From IMG/VR virus record IMGVR_UViG_3300045988_126112, positions 96,001-160,000 of that record: DNA of 64,000 bases, one strand, 5' to 3'. Positions 39,501 to 43,510 of this stretch are shown here, piece after piece. The stretch comes from a virus. The stretch's first letter is position 1. Each line of letters opens with the position of its first letter. The notes under the pieces are model-generated. The model was not told the DNA's origin. It did not search any database and saw nothing but the letters and a program-made list of their open reading frames with translations. Position numbers and translations under genes: made by a program.

Positions 39501-41671
39501 ATAGCTGTTTCAGATAGTGATCTAAAACCTCTATCATATCTTTGAGTATAAGTATTACCATCAGCATCAATTATATCGTAATTTTGTACTAAATCCAAAG
39601 GCATACCTTGGATATTTCCTCCACCACCAAATCCTTGAGCTGTTATACGTCTCATATAATTTAATTCTTTATACATACTTTGCATATAGAAGAATATATT
39701 CTTACCATAATTATCTTTAGTATCTAATAAAAGATTAGTATTAAAAGAAGTCTTTTCAGCTTTTTTATTTTTCTTACCATTTAATTCTTTAGCAAATTGA
39801 TTATGATTAGCATTATTAAATAAATATGCATATTGTCCACTTTTTTCTATATCTTTAAAACGTCTAGTTTGATTGCCATATTGATCTTGCATATCTGCAT
39901 TATATTGCATCATAATATTTCTTGGTAATTCTCTTAATATAGATTGTATAGCTAATAAATTCTTTTCACTAACACCATAATCTAAATATTTTTCATTAAA
40001 ATTATTCTTTTGATAATCAATTATTTCACCTTTGTTATATGAAGTTTCAAATAGTTTTTCTAAATCTTTAAAGAATTGATCATATTCTTCTTTACTACCA
40101 AAAGCTAAATTTTTATTAGCTATTTCTCTTACTTGTTGCATAGGTTCAGATGCAGCACTTTTCCAGAAAGAATTTTTCATATTATCAAATTCTTTTTTCA
40201 TTTCATCATAAGTAACAAATTTACCTGTTTCATAATTAAATGTAGTTTCTTGACTTCCTGTAAGAGCTGATAATATTTTGCTTAATTGTTGTGGTATAAC
40301 TTCAGTTAAAGCTTTTTGAGATTTACCATTCCAATCAACTTTACCTTTGTCATATTGAGAAACATCTACACTAGTTTTTGGTGAATTTTTTATACCAAAT
40401 ACTTTTCCAAGCATTTTTTCTAGCATACTATCTTCAGAATTAGACATAGTATTTAATTTTGTAACCATAGATGCAAAGAATCCACCTATAGTTTTATTCA
40501 TATTATTAAATGCTTTTTCTAAATCTTTAGGTGTCATTCTATTAATCATAGAAGATAATAAAGCACCATATGGGTTTGCAGCAAATAATGCAAGCATATT
40601 ACTATTTTCACCAGTACCTTGCATCATCATATTCCAAGCTCCACCTGTTAATTCATTAAGATAAGAATTTGAATTTTTCATTATTGTTTTACCATATGCA
40701 ACTAAATCAGGCATACCACCAGCATCAACAACATCATTATATCCAATTTTATTTTTCTTACCTTCTTCACTATTAGTAGTAGCTTCAATCTTTCTAGTAT
40801 TCTCAGCTATTTCTCTTAATAATGAAACTTGATCTTGTAAAGCTTTACTTGTATTTGTAAAGAACTCAGTTGAATTTGATAAATGAGGTGTCAAATTTTT
40901 ATCCAAGTATTGCATTACGCTACCAATATTACTATTCATAGCATCTAAATGACCATTCATAATACCAAAAGCTTTAGTATTTTGAGTATATAAAAGATTT
41001 GTATTTTTTATATTTACTTTAGATGAGTATTCAGCACTTCTAGCAACAGCCATAGATATAGCGTTAGCATTAGCTTGTGATGTATTTTCTATACTACTAA
41101 TAGTTGCTAATGTTTCTTGAGCAGTTCCACTAGTTTTACTACCACTAGATGATGAATCAGTAGCTTCATCATCCCAATTATCGTCAAAATCAGAAAAATC
41201 ATCGTCCCAATCATCTAGATTTAAATCTCCAAGATCAGCACTAAGATTATCATCAAATCCAGAGCCCATGTCATCACTAAGCCCCATTTGTTTCATTTCC
41301 ATTTTTTCAAGACGTTCTTTATTATAAAGATTACCTGTCATTATATCTTCTTTAAGTGCTCTTAATCCTACATCAGCAGCTTCATAGAATTTAGTTTTCA
41401 TGATAGCATCTAATCCACGTCTATAAGTAGTACGATAATCCATAGCAGATTTGTATATTGTTTTAAATAAATCATTATTAGTATCAGAGAAATCTGATAT
41501 AACTGGATTCATTTGTTTCATCTTTTCAACAGCAACATATGTTATAGATTTACCTACATTATAAAGATATCCTTGTCTTTTACCTAATTTTTGTTTATTA
41601 GTTTCAACTTTAGGTTTTCTACTAGCATTCTTCTTTAATTGCTTAACAGCACTAGGACTTTTATTTGCCAT
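24545..41671 (-). CDS. Giant tape-measure-like virion protein (5,708 aa) with a C-terminal array of nine predicted peptidoglycan or cell-wall hydrolase domains
   Basis: One uninterrupted 17,127-nt ORF with SD AAAGGAGGT. The N-terminal ~2,000 aa are K/E-rich and coiled-coil-like. It has Gly-zipper hydrophobic segments and W/G repeats typical of tape-measure proteins. Recognisable catalytic motifs follow (listed as separate domain features). Confidence 0.8.
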   Translation of the reverse strand: MANKSPSAVKQLKKNASRKPKVETNKQKLGKRQGYLYNVGKSITYVAVEKMKQMNPVISDFSDTNNDLFKTIYKSAMDYRTTYRRGLDAIMKTKFYEAADVGLRALKEDIMTGNLYNKERLEKMEMKQMGLSDDMGSGFDDNLSADLGDLNLDDWDDDFSDFDDNWDDEATDSSSSGSKTSGTAQETLATISSIENTSQANANAISMAVARSAEYSSKVNIKNTNLLYTQNTKAFGIMNGHLDAMNSNIGSVMQYLDKNLTPHLSNSTEFFTNTSKALQDQVSLLREIAENTRKIEATTNSEEGKKNKIGYNDVVDAGGMPDLVAYGKTIMKNSNSYLNELTGGAWNMMMQGTGENSNMLALFAANPYGALLSSMINRMTPKDLEKAFNNMNKTIGGFFASMVTKLNTMSNSEDSMLEKMLGKVFGIKNSPKTSVDVSQYDKGKVDWNGKSQKALTEVIPQQLSKILSALTGSQETTFNYETGKFVTYDEMKKEFDNMKNSFWKSAASEPMQQVREIANKNLAFGSKEEYDQFFKDLEKLFETSYNKGEIIDYQKNNFNEKYLDYGVSEKNLLAIQSILRELPRNIMMQYNADMQDQYGNQTRRFKDIEKSGQYAYLFNNANHNQFAKELNGKKNKKAEKTSFNTNLLLDTKDNYGKNIFFYMQSMYKELNYMRRITAQGFGGGGNIQGMPLDLVQNYDIIDADGNTYTQRYDRGFRSLSETAIKDTRSENEKMSESTKKALERDRANKTFLRQQARRLEKGELLVNISDLDDETVRGAVRSNVQTNKNKDKLREEAEKEKTEFDKLKEEMGLSGKSFSSKFDKFAEKAQKYIKRPSSIMTDLAVKVDQGLFELIYGKEGENGKKSIKGILDHLLFEMKKSFNHFNEFMDEKILNPLKDRLGLDKDKGLIKGIYGKISEMFGLEEKKQGAKDFFKQVREKMSDTLKGIGTSITDSVKDVFSPLTNLFKSKNFFDKKKEDNNQEEFDEDDITTTVTKILRNYDFDNYDNLNGKQKFDKTKRSIEHARKVQSGESNNINDMFDINNIKLELKELDEETKNLKDIKEYRSLNMSVMTLRQQIRSVTKDLNDYNTQYLALRKSRNKQQQIKAKKVKAEIKKCKDTIAKLNDRLDKAMKRLKEMRDSNQNIEQELLDYDNARENIINKNNFNKYDIGQRQNVLNEQAYEYFQSSEFKNLPIEEQRRLAEEMLTGKDKNVVDQLKKSQDRLKELEKQNGTEIGRFRNFNGVTKDGKKNGMRKVNTELLQKIEKQKIDKLTKQIEQSIRSNDMSLPALRYLATLDNRYQGLLSEVSLNGESEDLNKQIAEIEKMIETGESNLNKNDPRSIAGLDLQYDKTAKQKLLDSFAGILGSEDGDMYDFVSKSIDKLFKDRDSNYADNFEGITIKDILGQKDSVIKDISDKKDVAIRAKQKIYNKKGTGYKMSENAPANKRIKELSRQIEDVEDTFNELTEFITDALGLKEDGTLDTGNGVEDIEALDAFDRIKKYNQSKERPEDQLDKDRPWSDNLTEGGSKFITDNKFIKESMQTQTSTTESIDSTLKQILNLLQGNGNKNQFKPGPRITPFMQNPLRNIEAGNEQAVLNDFMDGLTTDIQNAVKGYFGRVGIPGFAKGGVIDKDQLAIVGKGETVVPSLTGDKRNQIANQIREAMAKVQSGKWKDNKVHDQAKYLYQNIAAVMGADNVDPNIIISMLGRSGEVGNDFANLDNEDQQKHFVKIAKITQQALNQRNEGVINNSGNQTDKGVAGDYTNIFSETFQVYKRAINKTMEAIVGDKDGKKDKKVSANAMKEVMGEAKLYGPDVVSGALLGGGASLLTGFIGGPLLGAAVGSGIALTKNSAKVQAMLFGEKEFDKDGNYIGRKGGLLPKDFVNTVAKTFPDMKKYGIVGLLSGFTALNPLGPVPGLLIGSALGVAKNNATIQNRLFGETGIIGEDRWNKFKKNLPNILAGAGVGFGLNMLHLSGPFGVLGSILIGSALGYASTTDKFKEMIFGTYNPQTGEQEGGLIGFMKDKIFSPFINWAKRDILKPLKDAFKPITKQIGIMFKTVFGGIAKGIINFFNKTLVVPIKEKVGKFLSTIFSPFKNLGKRLLGTVGRIISTPARILGGIGRATQRHQIRVGTADDMTAEERLNYMNNQNEMDFFYDQSQKIKRDSFNNAAEEMEKRFGKKDANKLRFLMRTGFHDQAQDLIKKRFGDVKDEESKKVMQNMLKDTSNYKKYYGSRILRDTYYERKEAADNVKNQVDEQFEAYKKANPNSKVTREEYLQNIYGDKYNKKVKDNGYNNDEADKILASMTNDQLGEFVNQYKAFGVTDKEYEKNKIKAGKEITALLKNMNIGANGKLKIKDRNIILGGLNYGQSEMAINYLRKLAKDQGIKLDDNADFNKIMDLMNEFKITEDLRLDKEKGKNAYERKVKELARNSTKLGKELSLETFGKLAISEDRLRNLKGKVITPEDIKDDERNKKITEIIKGITDLNKSLTDKQDETNKLLEQIRDFKTGDEFQQRRANSKIELDDAVHRDEQVLSLDQKKRQILLRRIGIKSLDDQPDFVRKMPLADLQTYVKKYRTVSYKDIMKQYREEAEAKKAKEDEVKKTGEEEAKKQQDETAVEKIKKSVDTSEVKDGLSDDMKKSILDAEGNEVVMKRDSKTGQYETDSTDSSTRKSIRIAQRLREKQEAFYDSFSGLFKKNEKEEDEEKKSGGWLSKLLMALGIGKGLLGRAKGLLGGILGRGAIGGLFTRGIFGTIGKGALVIGGLMYLPEIIDLFKTKIGPAISENWDTTIKPWLTEEALPRLKDGLVLLVQEIPSLLKGTVKFIGSELIPSILKGMGWDIGTDDQEVTYDENGNPVNKGGKGTTSAAAVIGNTAVRSTVRKGARYASAVKTSVAKNIAKEGEVKTLTKSLSKEGVEEITEGAVKSGFKGGAKDIARAGFKTAKDFILHPVKTSVKGAVKGAKTVTNAGGKILGNKFLKMDAKRIAKRGGLSNKMEGKILTNVANSGLVSQLLNWAKNQFTKLFTNSTVVNLLGKVKNIPVAKALLERAVPKMLEVISKGAVKMSGTALARVVGGIGTGGLVTLGFAVYDFISGFKDARNIMGITEDNVPFGYRIISGVVKTIQGLSIIATLLPTKTIMSILINVLSGIGVDMGNIKQQQAQAQQELKEYNEKNGTNFSLEEYNKEVKGHKGLFDRAKDTAKWAGGKISETGKWIGNGAKNLGGKAIKGLKWLDQATLKGIGKWVDVNKWVGGKALEGLKWVNDNGINWAGDKMAGALTAMGNGAGQLWNGAKWLGNQAINGIGAGGKMLENGFNTAKNWTGNMLLSGVKGGANLMAKGLSAAANGIVDTPKMIGSLYNSISDWGKGILDGLTKQLSGWYDKNIKPVLDGIGKKFNDIKDWCSKFIQDPIKAIGEGFQSLLDWFKNKFGWVMKSKDWVSDKWNDAKSAAGNAWDTVKNGVKNVFTKKPSKDTNAKVSDIKTVNGMKVGKGEGDVVNGNPYFSQKQASGQFGQMINDAGCGPTSTAMALSKVTGKDISPESIAKDAYKNKTWDSEGARGNMFATEAKKYGVKTVSSGGNFEKFDKMVSAGIPTAVSGTLGKGEDSPYTKAGHIVTVFGKDKNGNYLVNDPRGKKYSKAYSKEELMNGFRDSWSFGKGDDDSSNSVPSSERVIGNVRNTIKSVAPSALSSSFRKKSTLALNHITKSVSGTGMIESASKVLEEIFTKIFNNDTIINLLGDASSSQYSAASVLLGNFVPQVIKKLKMNCEKNKSINLNRYLRAIVSNANVSNISFLISNFVNAFNNPAKYIGIYDTYTTGMKACAAILATINGRFVIDKLLPNTDWAKLIQDYVMPVFGEGPQDIDTLKKQADKIVKEFNLKSMSTNATTDTITSIAENLTGSTSASGGILNKIKNGAQSLFSKVTGGVSNVVHNVASGVKSVVKKAGNAVGNVYNTVKNAVASGLNWFGGLFGKGEYVGKGKDPAEVSQTDDSYLGVNNFPYFSQYKDYNTDKKKPELSETGCGPTSAAMVLSKVTGKMITPNEVADETYNAGVYDDNGSTDSMFPYLGNKYGIKVKSIDNFEQIKQYASRGVPMVISGEGGNLYGTDSDGHIVAMFGRNKNGYIVNDPSSINGSKSYDESQLKKGFKHAWVFGDTGYKEDIKDAEQVMLSSKDSKALALEDPNFAGKGSDPTTLTYVNGFPYWSQVAFGGNILKAGCGPTSAAMAFGQVTGKTLNPKDMCAQGKSHGWSPTAGVTDSSRLFNYYGKKYNTSVTYISSLSKTKELAAKGYPLIIDGRCSKSSNWSKNCLLTPYGPNGHYLALFGKTKDGYVINDPRGSRFSGARSESQLSTGFRFAFKIGDKTYKVDESKVKKVGSTDGQESSGSSSEGVSEDTGAEATGSNGDDFFGDMATAAINFGKKLFGFDISEASTDTTSSSSSGSPGSECTRYTGTNYKVGKSVKASFTAYYPHNDSMEGGFYDCKGNPLNPAEQTCAAPADVPVGTKIKISNTGTSLDGKIYTVTDRGGAIKIVNGVYRIDILVSASDYKNFQNCKGNITFMGKDGSAGKGPDIVDLTNPYYGMGEGVDWGYFCDPSKGSITSYFSEKRSQYATARGDHGALDYNVHFQPLYAPKSGTVYSENEHSSYGNSLTIKTNSGNTFYRVAHMKSKKVKKGDSVKQGQLLGISGATGHVSGPHVHLEVLKGGTSKSRNGVDPLNYYTETKGKHYKLKGSSLSFKEYMDKVGGEITEVNDGSDGTSDGTSDGTATEDTTATTTAGDFFGDMATAAINFTKKLFGFNIDEPAASDATTDDSSSSEYGSSSSDESNISAKNVAEKILKFTKAKGASDAASAGVLGNAWCESSFNPKADGKDKTGTYFGLFQWIRKYNNFDKLKKIAKSMNLEWSDTDAQMAFLWDQLQDSTHKVWLNQEYPKKGLNGFLNETDAYQAGSKFNKFFERGVGGGTRAKTAQTIYKKYLKDGKLVNFENFVSTGKGDDERYGKGDDKVKLSSKIIEYALSFLNKGFYYSQPNRDYINKNRNASDCSSFTHHVFDRAAGTEIGGYTEEQYLSSRGTKVKKGDLKPGDIILFKNTRSSRNGTTKYKDNVSHSSLYLGDNKYIESTTSDSSGFSGIRVANLGSSWSQNHWLTGKRFIDGDKKVSPTIKNPNKLTKFEKATGSYTLPEASVGNYSASHGGASSGDDTSTGSTAGEFFSDMATAAINFSKKLFGFDIDTPAASDATTDSSSSSDGSDLSSGTDYSSVKTKVSSSDFDKSVILGDSIAKGFKDMKVLPSSRVVATIGDTVAKGISDGNVAKAAAKKPPVIITHYGTNDADWISGGGSFNADWYSKQYTKLINKIKKESPKSKIVLTQTFTPSGGKTKKWVPVVQKALPGIASKNSVNIVDSRSIDKPSYRGSDHIHPISKEFYTKWLADIKSKITSEGKGEDTDLTKDIDRYFQDTLDGVKSSDFGIRDNEFHTGVDYAAKENTPIKSPVSGKVVENLKDKKYGFGNTLVVRDKKGIDHRFAHMKDQSSYGLGTKVRQNDIIGNVGSTGRSTGSHLHYEVTDNGKSLNPSKYYDKTAHGGTKNSLDKVTLSFPDSDQKVDANISNLNKGIDEKVLKQLITIIVSVLNKVANNTENIKEVVDLLTEIQKSITGKPATKTKTTKPTTKTSSDTDKTKTQKIFSLLQKGMNSTDSDTSNTQAILDILEILATE
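24950..25340 (-). other. M23 metallopeptidase domain, copy 2 (within the giant CDS; approximate bounds)
   Basis: 'HTGVDYAA...' and 'GSTGRSTGSHLHYEV', the HxxxD and HxH motifs of the LytM/M23 family. Confidence 0.8.
25390..25880 (-). other. SGNH/GDSL-type esterase domain (within the giant CDS; approximate bounds)
   Basis: Block I 'ILGDSIAKG', block III 'HYGTNDA', block V 'SDHIHP' (DxxH). This pattern fits SGNH hydrolases such as peptidoglycan O-acetyl-esterases. Confidence 0.7.
25961..26066 (-). repeat. Intragenic linker cassette, copy 3 (encodes 'AGEFFSDMATAAINFSKKLFGFDIDTPAASDATTD')
   Basis: About 93% nucleotide identity to copy 2 over ~107 nt by hand alignment (8 mismatches). Confidence 0.9.
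26270..26640 (-). other. NlpC/P60 cysteine peptidase domain (within the giant CDS; approximate bounds)
   Basis: 'ASDCSSFTHHVF' (catalytic Cys), 'KPGDIILF' and 'VSHSSLYLGDNKYIE' (catalytic His). Confidence 0.75.
26770..27190 (-). other. Lysozyme-like domain ('phage tail lysozyme' or transglycosylase type; within the giant CDS; approximate bounds)
   Basis: 'AGVLGNAWCESSFNP...GLFQW' resembles the G(I/V)LGN..(E)S motif of tape-measure-associated lysozyme-like domains. Confidence 0.55.
27251..27357 (-). repeat. Intragenic linker cassette, copy 2 (encodes 'AGDFFGDMATAAINFTKKLFGFNIDEPAASDATTD')
   Basis: Shares 'atctgttgtagcatcacttgcagctgg...aaatccaaataatttctta.taaagtttatagcagctgtagccatatc' with copy 3. 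Confidence 0.9.
27535..27900 (-). other. M23 metallopeptidase domain, copy 1 (within the giant CDS; approximate bounds)
   Basis: 'DHGALDYN' and 'GATGHVSGPHVHLEV' (HxxxD and HxH). Confidence 0.8.
28050..28340 (-). other. 3D (Asp-Asp-Asp, MltA/RlpA-like) domain (within the giant CDS; approximate bounds)
   Basis: 'FTAYYPHNDSMEGG...CAAPADVPVGTKIKI...GKIYTVTDRGGAIK...RIDILV' matches the typical layout of 3D domains in Firmicute cell-wall proteins. Confidence 0.6.
28385..28468 (-). repeat. Intragenic linker cassette, copy 1 (encodes 'DDFFGDMATAAINFGKKLFGFDISEASTDTT')
   Basis: Shares the core 'atatcaaatccaaataatttcttaccaaagtttatagcagctgtagccatatctcc.aagaaatca' with copies 2 and 3. Confidence 0.9.
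28600..29100 (-). other. C39-like (papain-fold) cysteine peptidase domain, copy 3 (within the giant CDS; approximate bounds)
   Basis: 'FPYWSQ...AGCGPTSAAMAF' (Cys codon about 29024-29026) and 'NGHYLALFG...YVINDPRG' (His codon about 28724-28726). Confidence 0.65.
29215..29700 (-). other. C39-like cysteine peptidase domain, copy 2 (within the giant CDS; approximate bounds)
   Basis: 'FPYFSQ...TGCGPTSAAMVL' (Cys about 29609-29611) and 'DGHIVAMFG...YIVNDP' (His about 29342-29344). Confidence 0.65.
30715..31190 (-). other. C39-like cysteine peptidase domain, copy 1 (within the giant CDS; approximate bounds)
   Basis: 'NPYFSQ...AGCGPTSTAMAL' (Cys about 31112-31114) and 'AGHIVTVFG...YLVNDPRG' (His about 30836-30838). 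Confidence 0.65.
35700..36240 (-). other. Cluster of three Gly-zipper hydrophobic segments (within the giant CDS)
   Basis: 'GALLGGGASLLTGFIGGPLLGAAVGSGIAL', 'GLLSGFTALNPLGPVPGLLIGSALGVA' and 'AGAGVGFGLNMLHLSGPFGVLGSILIGSALGYA'. Such segments are typical of tape-measure proteins. More occur near 33350-33545 and 32390-32470. Confidence 0.7.
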
Positions 41672-41714
41672 TTTGATTACCTCCTTTTACAAAAAATAAA
41701 TATTATCTTAATGT

Positions 41715-41760
41715 TAAAAAACAAATTTGAAGGAGATACAGCGTTAGCCGTATCTCCTTG
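41715..41760 (-). terminator. Terminator-like hairpin immediately upstream of the giant gene
   Basis: 10-bp stem AAGGAGATAC/GTATCTCCTT, followed on the minus strand by CAAATTTGTTTTTT. Confidence 0.6.
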
Positions 41761-41946
41761 TAGAGTGTAGAAATTATTCAATATGTTTGAATAACAATGT
41801 GGTACACTAAGTGTCGGGGAAAGTTGAACACTTAGTGATTCAAGAGTTAAAGCTTTAGTATATAGCTCATCATATAAAGTTTTTTGGGTCGGGAGTTTCT
41901 ATAAAAAACTTTTAAATATACTAGCCTACTTTTATGTTAGTTTAAT
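41761..41946 (-). other. Structured non-coding leader between the 174-aa gene and the giant gene
   Basis: No ORF on either strand. It has 10-bp stems at 41805-41814/41828-41837 and 41876-41885/41903-41912. Both loops carry GTCGGG(G)A on the + strand. Confidence 0.6.
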
Positions 41947-42471
41947 TTATTTTTTATTTTTCAAATGTTTTGGACAAGGAGAACTTGCTTTTACACCTTT
42001 ATGAGCTGGTGTTATAGATTCACCTTTGTCATAAGTTCCATCTTCATTTTTCTTAGGGAAATATGCAACTTTTTCTTCTGTTTCTTTAAGCATAAAGCTT
42101 ATATCAGAATCTGCTTTGCAGCCTAAAGATATTTTTCTTCCTGTATCTAAATATCCTAGCATGAATTCTTTAGATATATCTACTAAATTACTAGCATCTG
42201 CTTTTGTGAATTGCATGTTATTAGCTAATTCTTGAGCTTCTGCTGATGGTATTGAAGCACCTTTATTTATTATTGATGCTGCTAATTGTACTGCATTATC
42301 ATGTGGGCAACATTCTCTAACTACTTCACCTACATTATTATATTCTGCAGTCTTAAACTCTGGGTCATTTATCATTGCATGCATTACATCTCTTTCATCT
42401 TTTTTACTTTGTCCTTTTTGAGTTAATCCTTCATTAATTTCACTTATTAATTTTCTAGCGTTGAATTCCAT
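41947..42471 (-). CDS. Hypothetical protein occupying the position where a tail-assembly chaperone is usually found (upstream of the tape-measure-like gene)
   Basis: 174 aa with strong SD TAGGAGGT. The chaperone idea rests on position only; I saw no slippery site and no overlapping -1 frame. Confidence 0.6.
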   Translation of the reverse strand: MEFNARKLISEINEGLTQKGQSKKDERDVMHAMINDPEFKTAEYNNVGEVVRECCPHDNAVQLAASIINKGASIPSAEAQELANNMQFTKADASNLVDISKEFMLGYLDTGRKISLGCKADSDISFMLKETEEKVAYFPKKNEDGTYDKGESITPAHKGVKASSPCPKHLKNKK

Positions 42472-42483
42472 AATTCTTACCTC

Positions 42484-42639
42484 CTAATTATCTTTTTTAT
42501 TATTGTTAATAGATTTTATTTTATAATGATACACTATTGGGTTAAATGGCTTTCTTTTTTTCCCATTCTCCCTAATAATGTCATTTAACTGTTCTTTAGT
42601 ACAATTTGAAATCGTACTAATAAAATTTTTTTTATCCAT
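42484..42639 (-). CDS. Small basic protein (51 aa; not in the ORF track)
   Basis: Translation: MDKKNFISTISNCTKEQLNDIIRENGKKRKPFNPIVYHYKIKSINNNKKDN*. It fills an otherwise empty 188-nt gap. The stop TAG overlaps the SD (TAGGAGG) of the next gene. Its own SD is weak (AAAGGAAAAG). Confidence 0.4.
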   Translation of the reverse strand: MDKKNFISTISNCTKEQLNDIIRENGKKRKPFNPIVYHYKIKSINNNKKDN

Positions 42640-42659
42640 ATTATTTCTTTTCCTTTCTT

Positions 42660-42890
42660 TTACATGTTTTTCTTTACACTTTTCTTTTTATCTATATTAT
42701 GTGTAATTGAACAATAATGCCAATTTTCACATCTATACATTCGACCTCCATTACTATCTACATCATATAGTATCCATTCTTTCCCACAATAAGGACATAT
42801 ACCTTTATTCCATTGTTTTTTCTCTTTTCTTATATCAGATATCATTGAACCTATAAGACATACAATTACAAATACTATTAACCATTGCAT
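42660..42890 (-). CDS. Small membrane-anchored zinc-ribbon protein (paralog A)
   Basis: ATG 42890 is 9 nt after AGGGGG (the track start at 42917 is less likely). It has an N-terminal TM helix 'WLIVFVIVCLIGSMI' followed by 'KKQWNKGICPYCG...YRCENWHYC'. Confidence 0.65.
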   Translation of the reverse strand: MQWLIVFVIVCLIGSMISDIRKEKKQWNKGICPYCGKEWILYDVDSNGGRMYRCENWHYCSITHNIDKKKSVKKNM

Positions 42891-42894
42891 ATAC

Positions 42895-43155
42895 CTATAC
42901 CCCCTGTCTCTTATCAAAGTTATAAGTCATTTCACACATATGTCCTTCTTTACATAAGTATATTCTTTTTTCTGTTAAATTATAATCTTCTTCAGATGTA
43001 TGATATATCCATGCATTTCCACATTTTCTACATATACCTTTATTCCATTCTCTTTTTTCTTTTAGTATAGTATATAGTATACCACCTACTATAAAAGATA
43101 CTAAACCTCCACAAAATATTAAAGCTACAATATCTACTATTTGATCTGTATTCAT
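42895..43155 (-). CDS. Small membrane-anchored zinc-ribbon protein (paralog B)
   Basis: TM helix 'IVALIFCGGLVSFIVGGILYTIL' followed by 'KREWNKGICRKCG...YLCKEGHMC'. The 'EK(K/R)(Q/E)WNKGIC..CG' block is shared with paralog A. ATG 43155 is 9 nt after GGAGG. Confidence 0.65.
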   Translation of the reverse strand: MNTDQIVDIVALIFCGGLVSFIVGGILYTILKEKREWNKGICRKCGNAWIYHTSEEDYNLTEKRIYLCKEGHMCEMTYNFDKRQGV

Positions 43156-43168
43156 ATACATATACCTC

Positions 43169-43399
43169 CTATTTTCTTCTTTCTTCTAGATTGATTATTT
43201 TACATTCTTCTTTTATTCCCTTTCTTTTACTATCATATTTATTACATATACTAGCATGTATAATAGGATACTCTATAAGTTTCCTATTTATACTACACAT
43301 ACATGTTGCATTAAATATGTACGTATTAGAATGTTTACACTTCCTACAATCCTTTAAGTATTGATTACCTTTACACTTCTTAACTATTTTCTTTATCAT
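43169..43399 (-). CDS. Small Cys-rich protein (76 aa)
   Basis: SD AAAGGAGGA. Eight Cys residues ('CKGNQYLKDCRKCKH...CMC...C...C'). First gene of the minus-strand block, downstream of the motif at 43450-43461. Confidence 0.65.
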   Translation of the reverse strand: MIKKIVKKCKGNQYLKDCRKCKHSNTYIFNATCMCSINRKLIEYPIIHASICNKYDSKRKGIKEECKIINLEERRK

Positions 43400-43449
43400 A
43401 AGCTATGTCCTCCTTTATTTATATAAAAGTACTTATTTTATTACATTAA

Positions 43450-43461
43450 TATAATATATAA
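43450..43461 (-). promoter_or_regulatory. Conserved promoter-like motif, minus-strand variant
   Basis: The reverse complement reads 'TTATATATTATA', about 50 nt upstream of the first gene of the minus block (start 43399). Confidence 0.45.
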
Positions 43462-43510
43462 AAGAAAATAATATTAAAAAATATTTTTTTACAATGTAAC
43501 TAACATTTCG

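Noticed and set aside
24660-39545. Fourteen ORFs in other frames of the giant gene: thirteen antisense on the + strand (for example 31062-31778 at 238 aa, 32676-33122 at 148 aa) and one on the sense (minus) strand at 28219-28428
   Set aside because: All are Pro/Leu/Ser/Phe-rich alternative-frame translations of G/K/E-rich codons. None has an SD, and the long sense ORF carries recognisable catalytic motifs throughout.
24545-41671. Inferring tail length directly from the 5,708-aa tape-measure-like protein (about 1.5 Angstrom per residue)
   Set aside because: About 40% of the protein is globular enzyme domains and may be processed. A naive length calculation would be meaningless.
41672-41946. 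Possible tRNA, tmRNA or CRISPR-like element in the structured intergenic regions (also 51236-51412, 55736-56159, 58239-58517)
   Set aside because: I could not fold a cloverleaf and saw no GTTCRANYC T-loop or regularly spaced repeats. This was by eye only, so tRNAscan-SE or Infernal should still be run.
42885-43070. 61-aa + strand ORF
   Set aside because: It is antisense to the two zinc-ribbon genes, has low-complexity hydrophobic content and has no SD.
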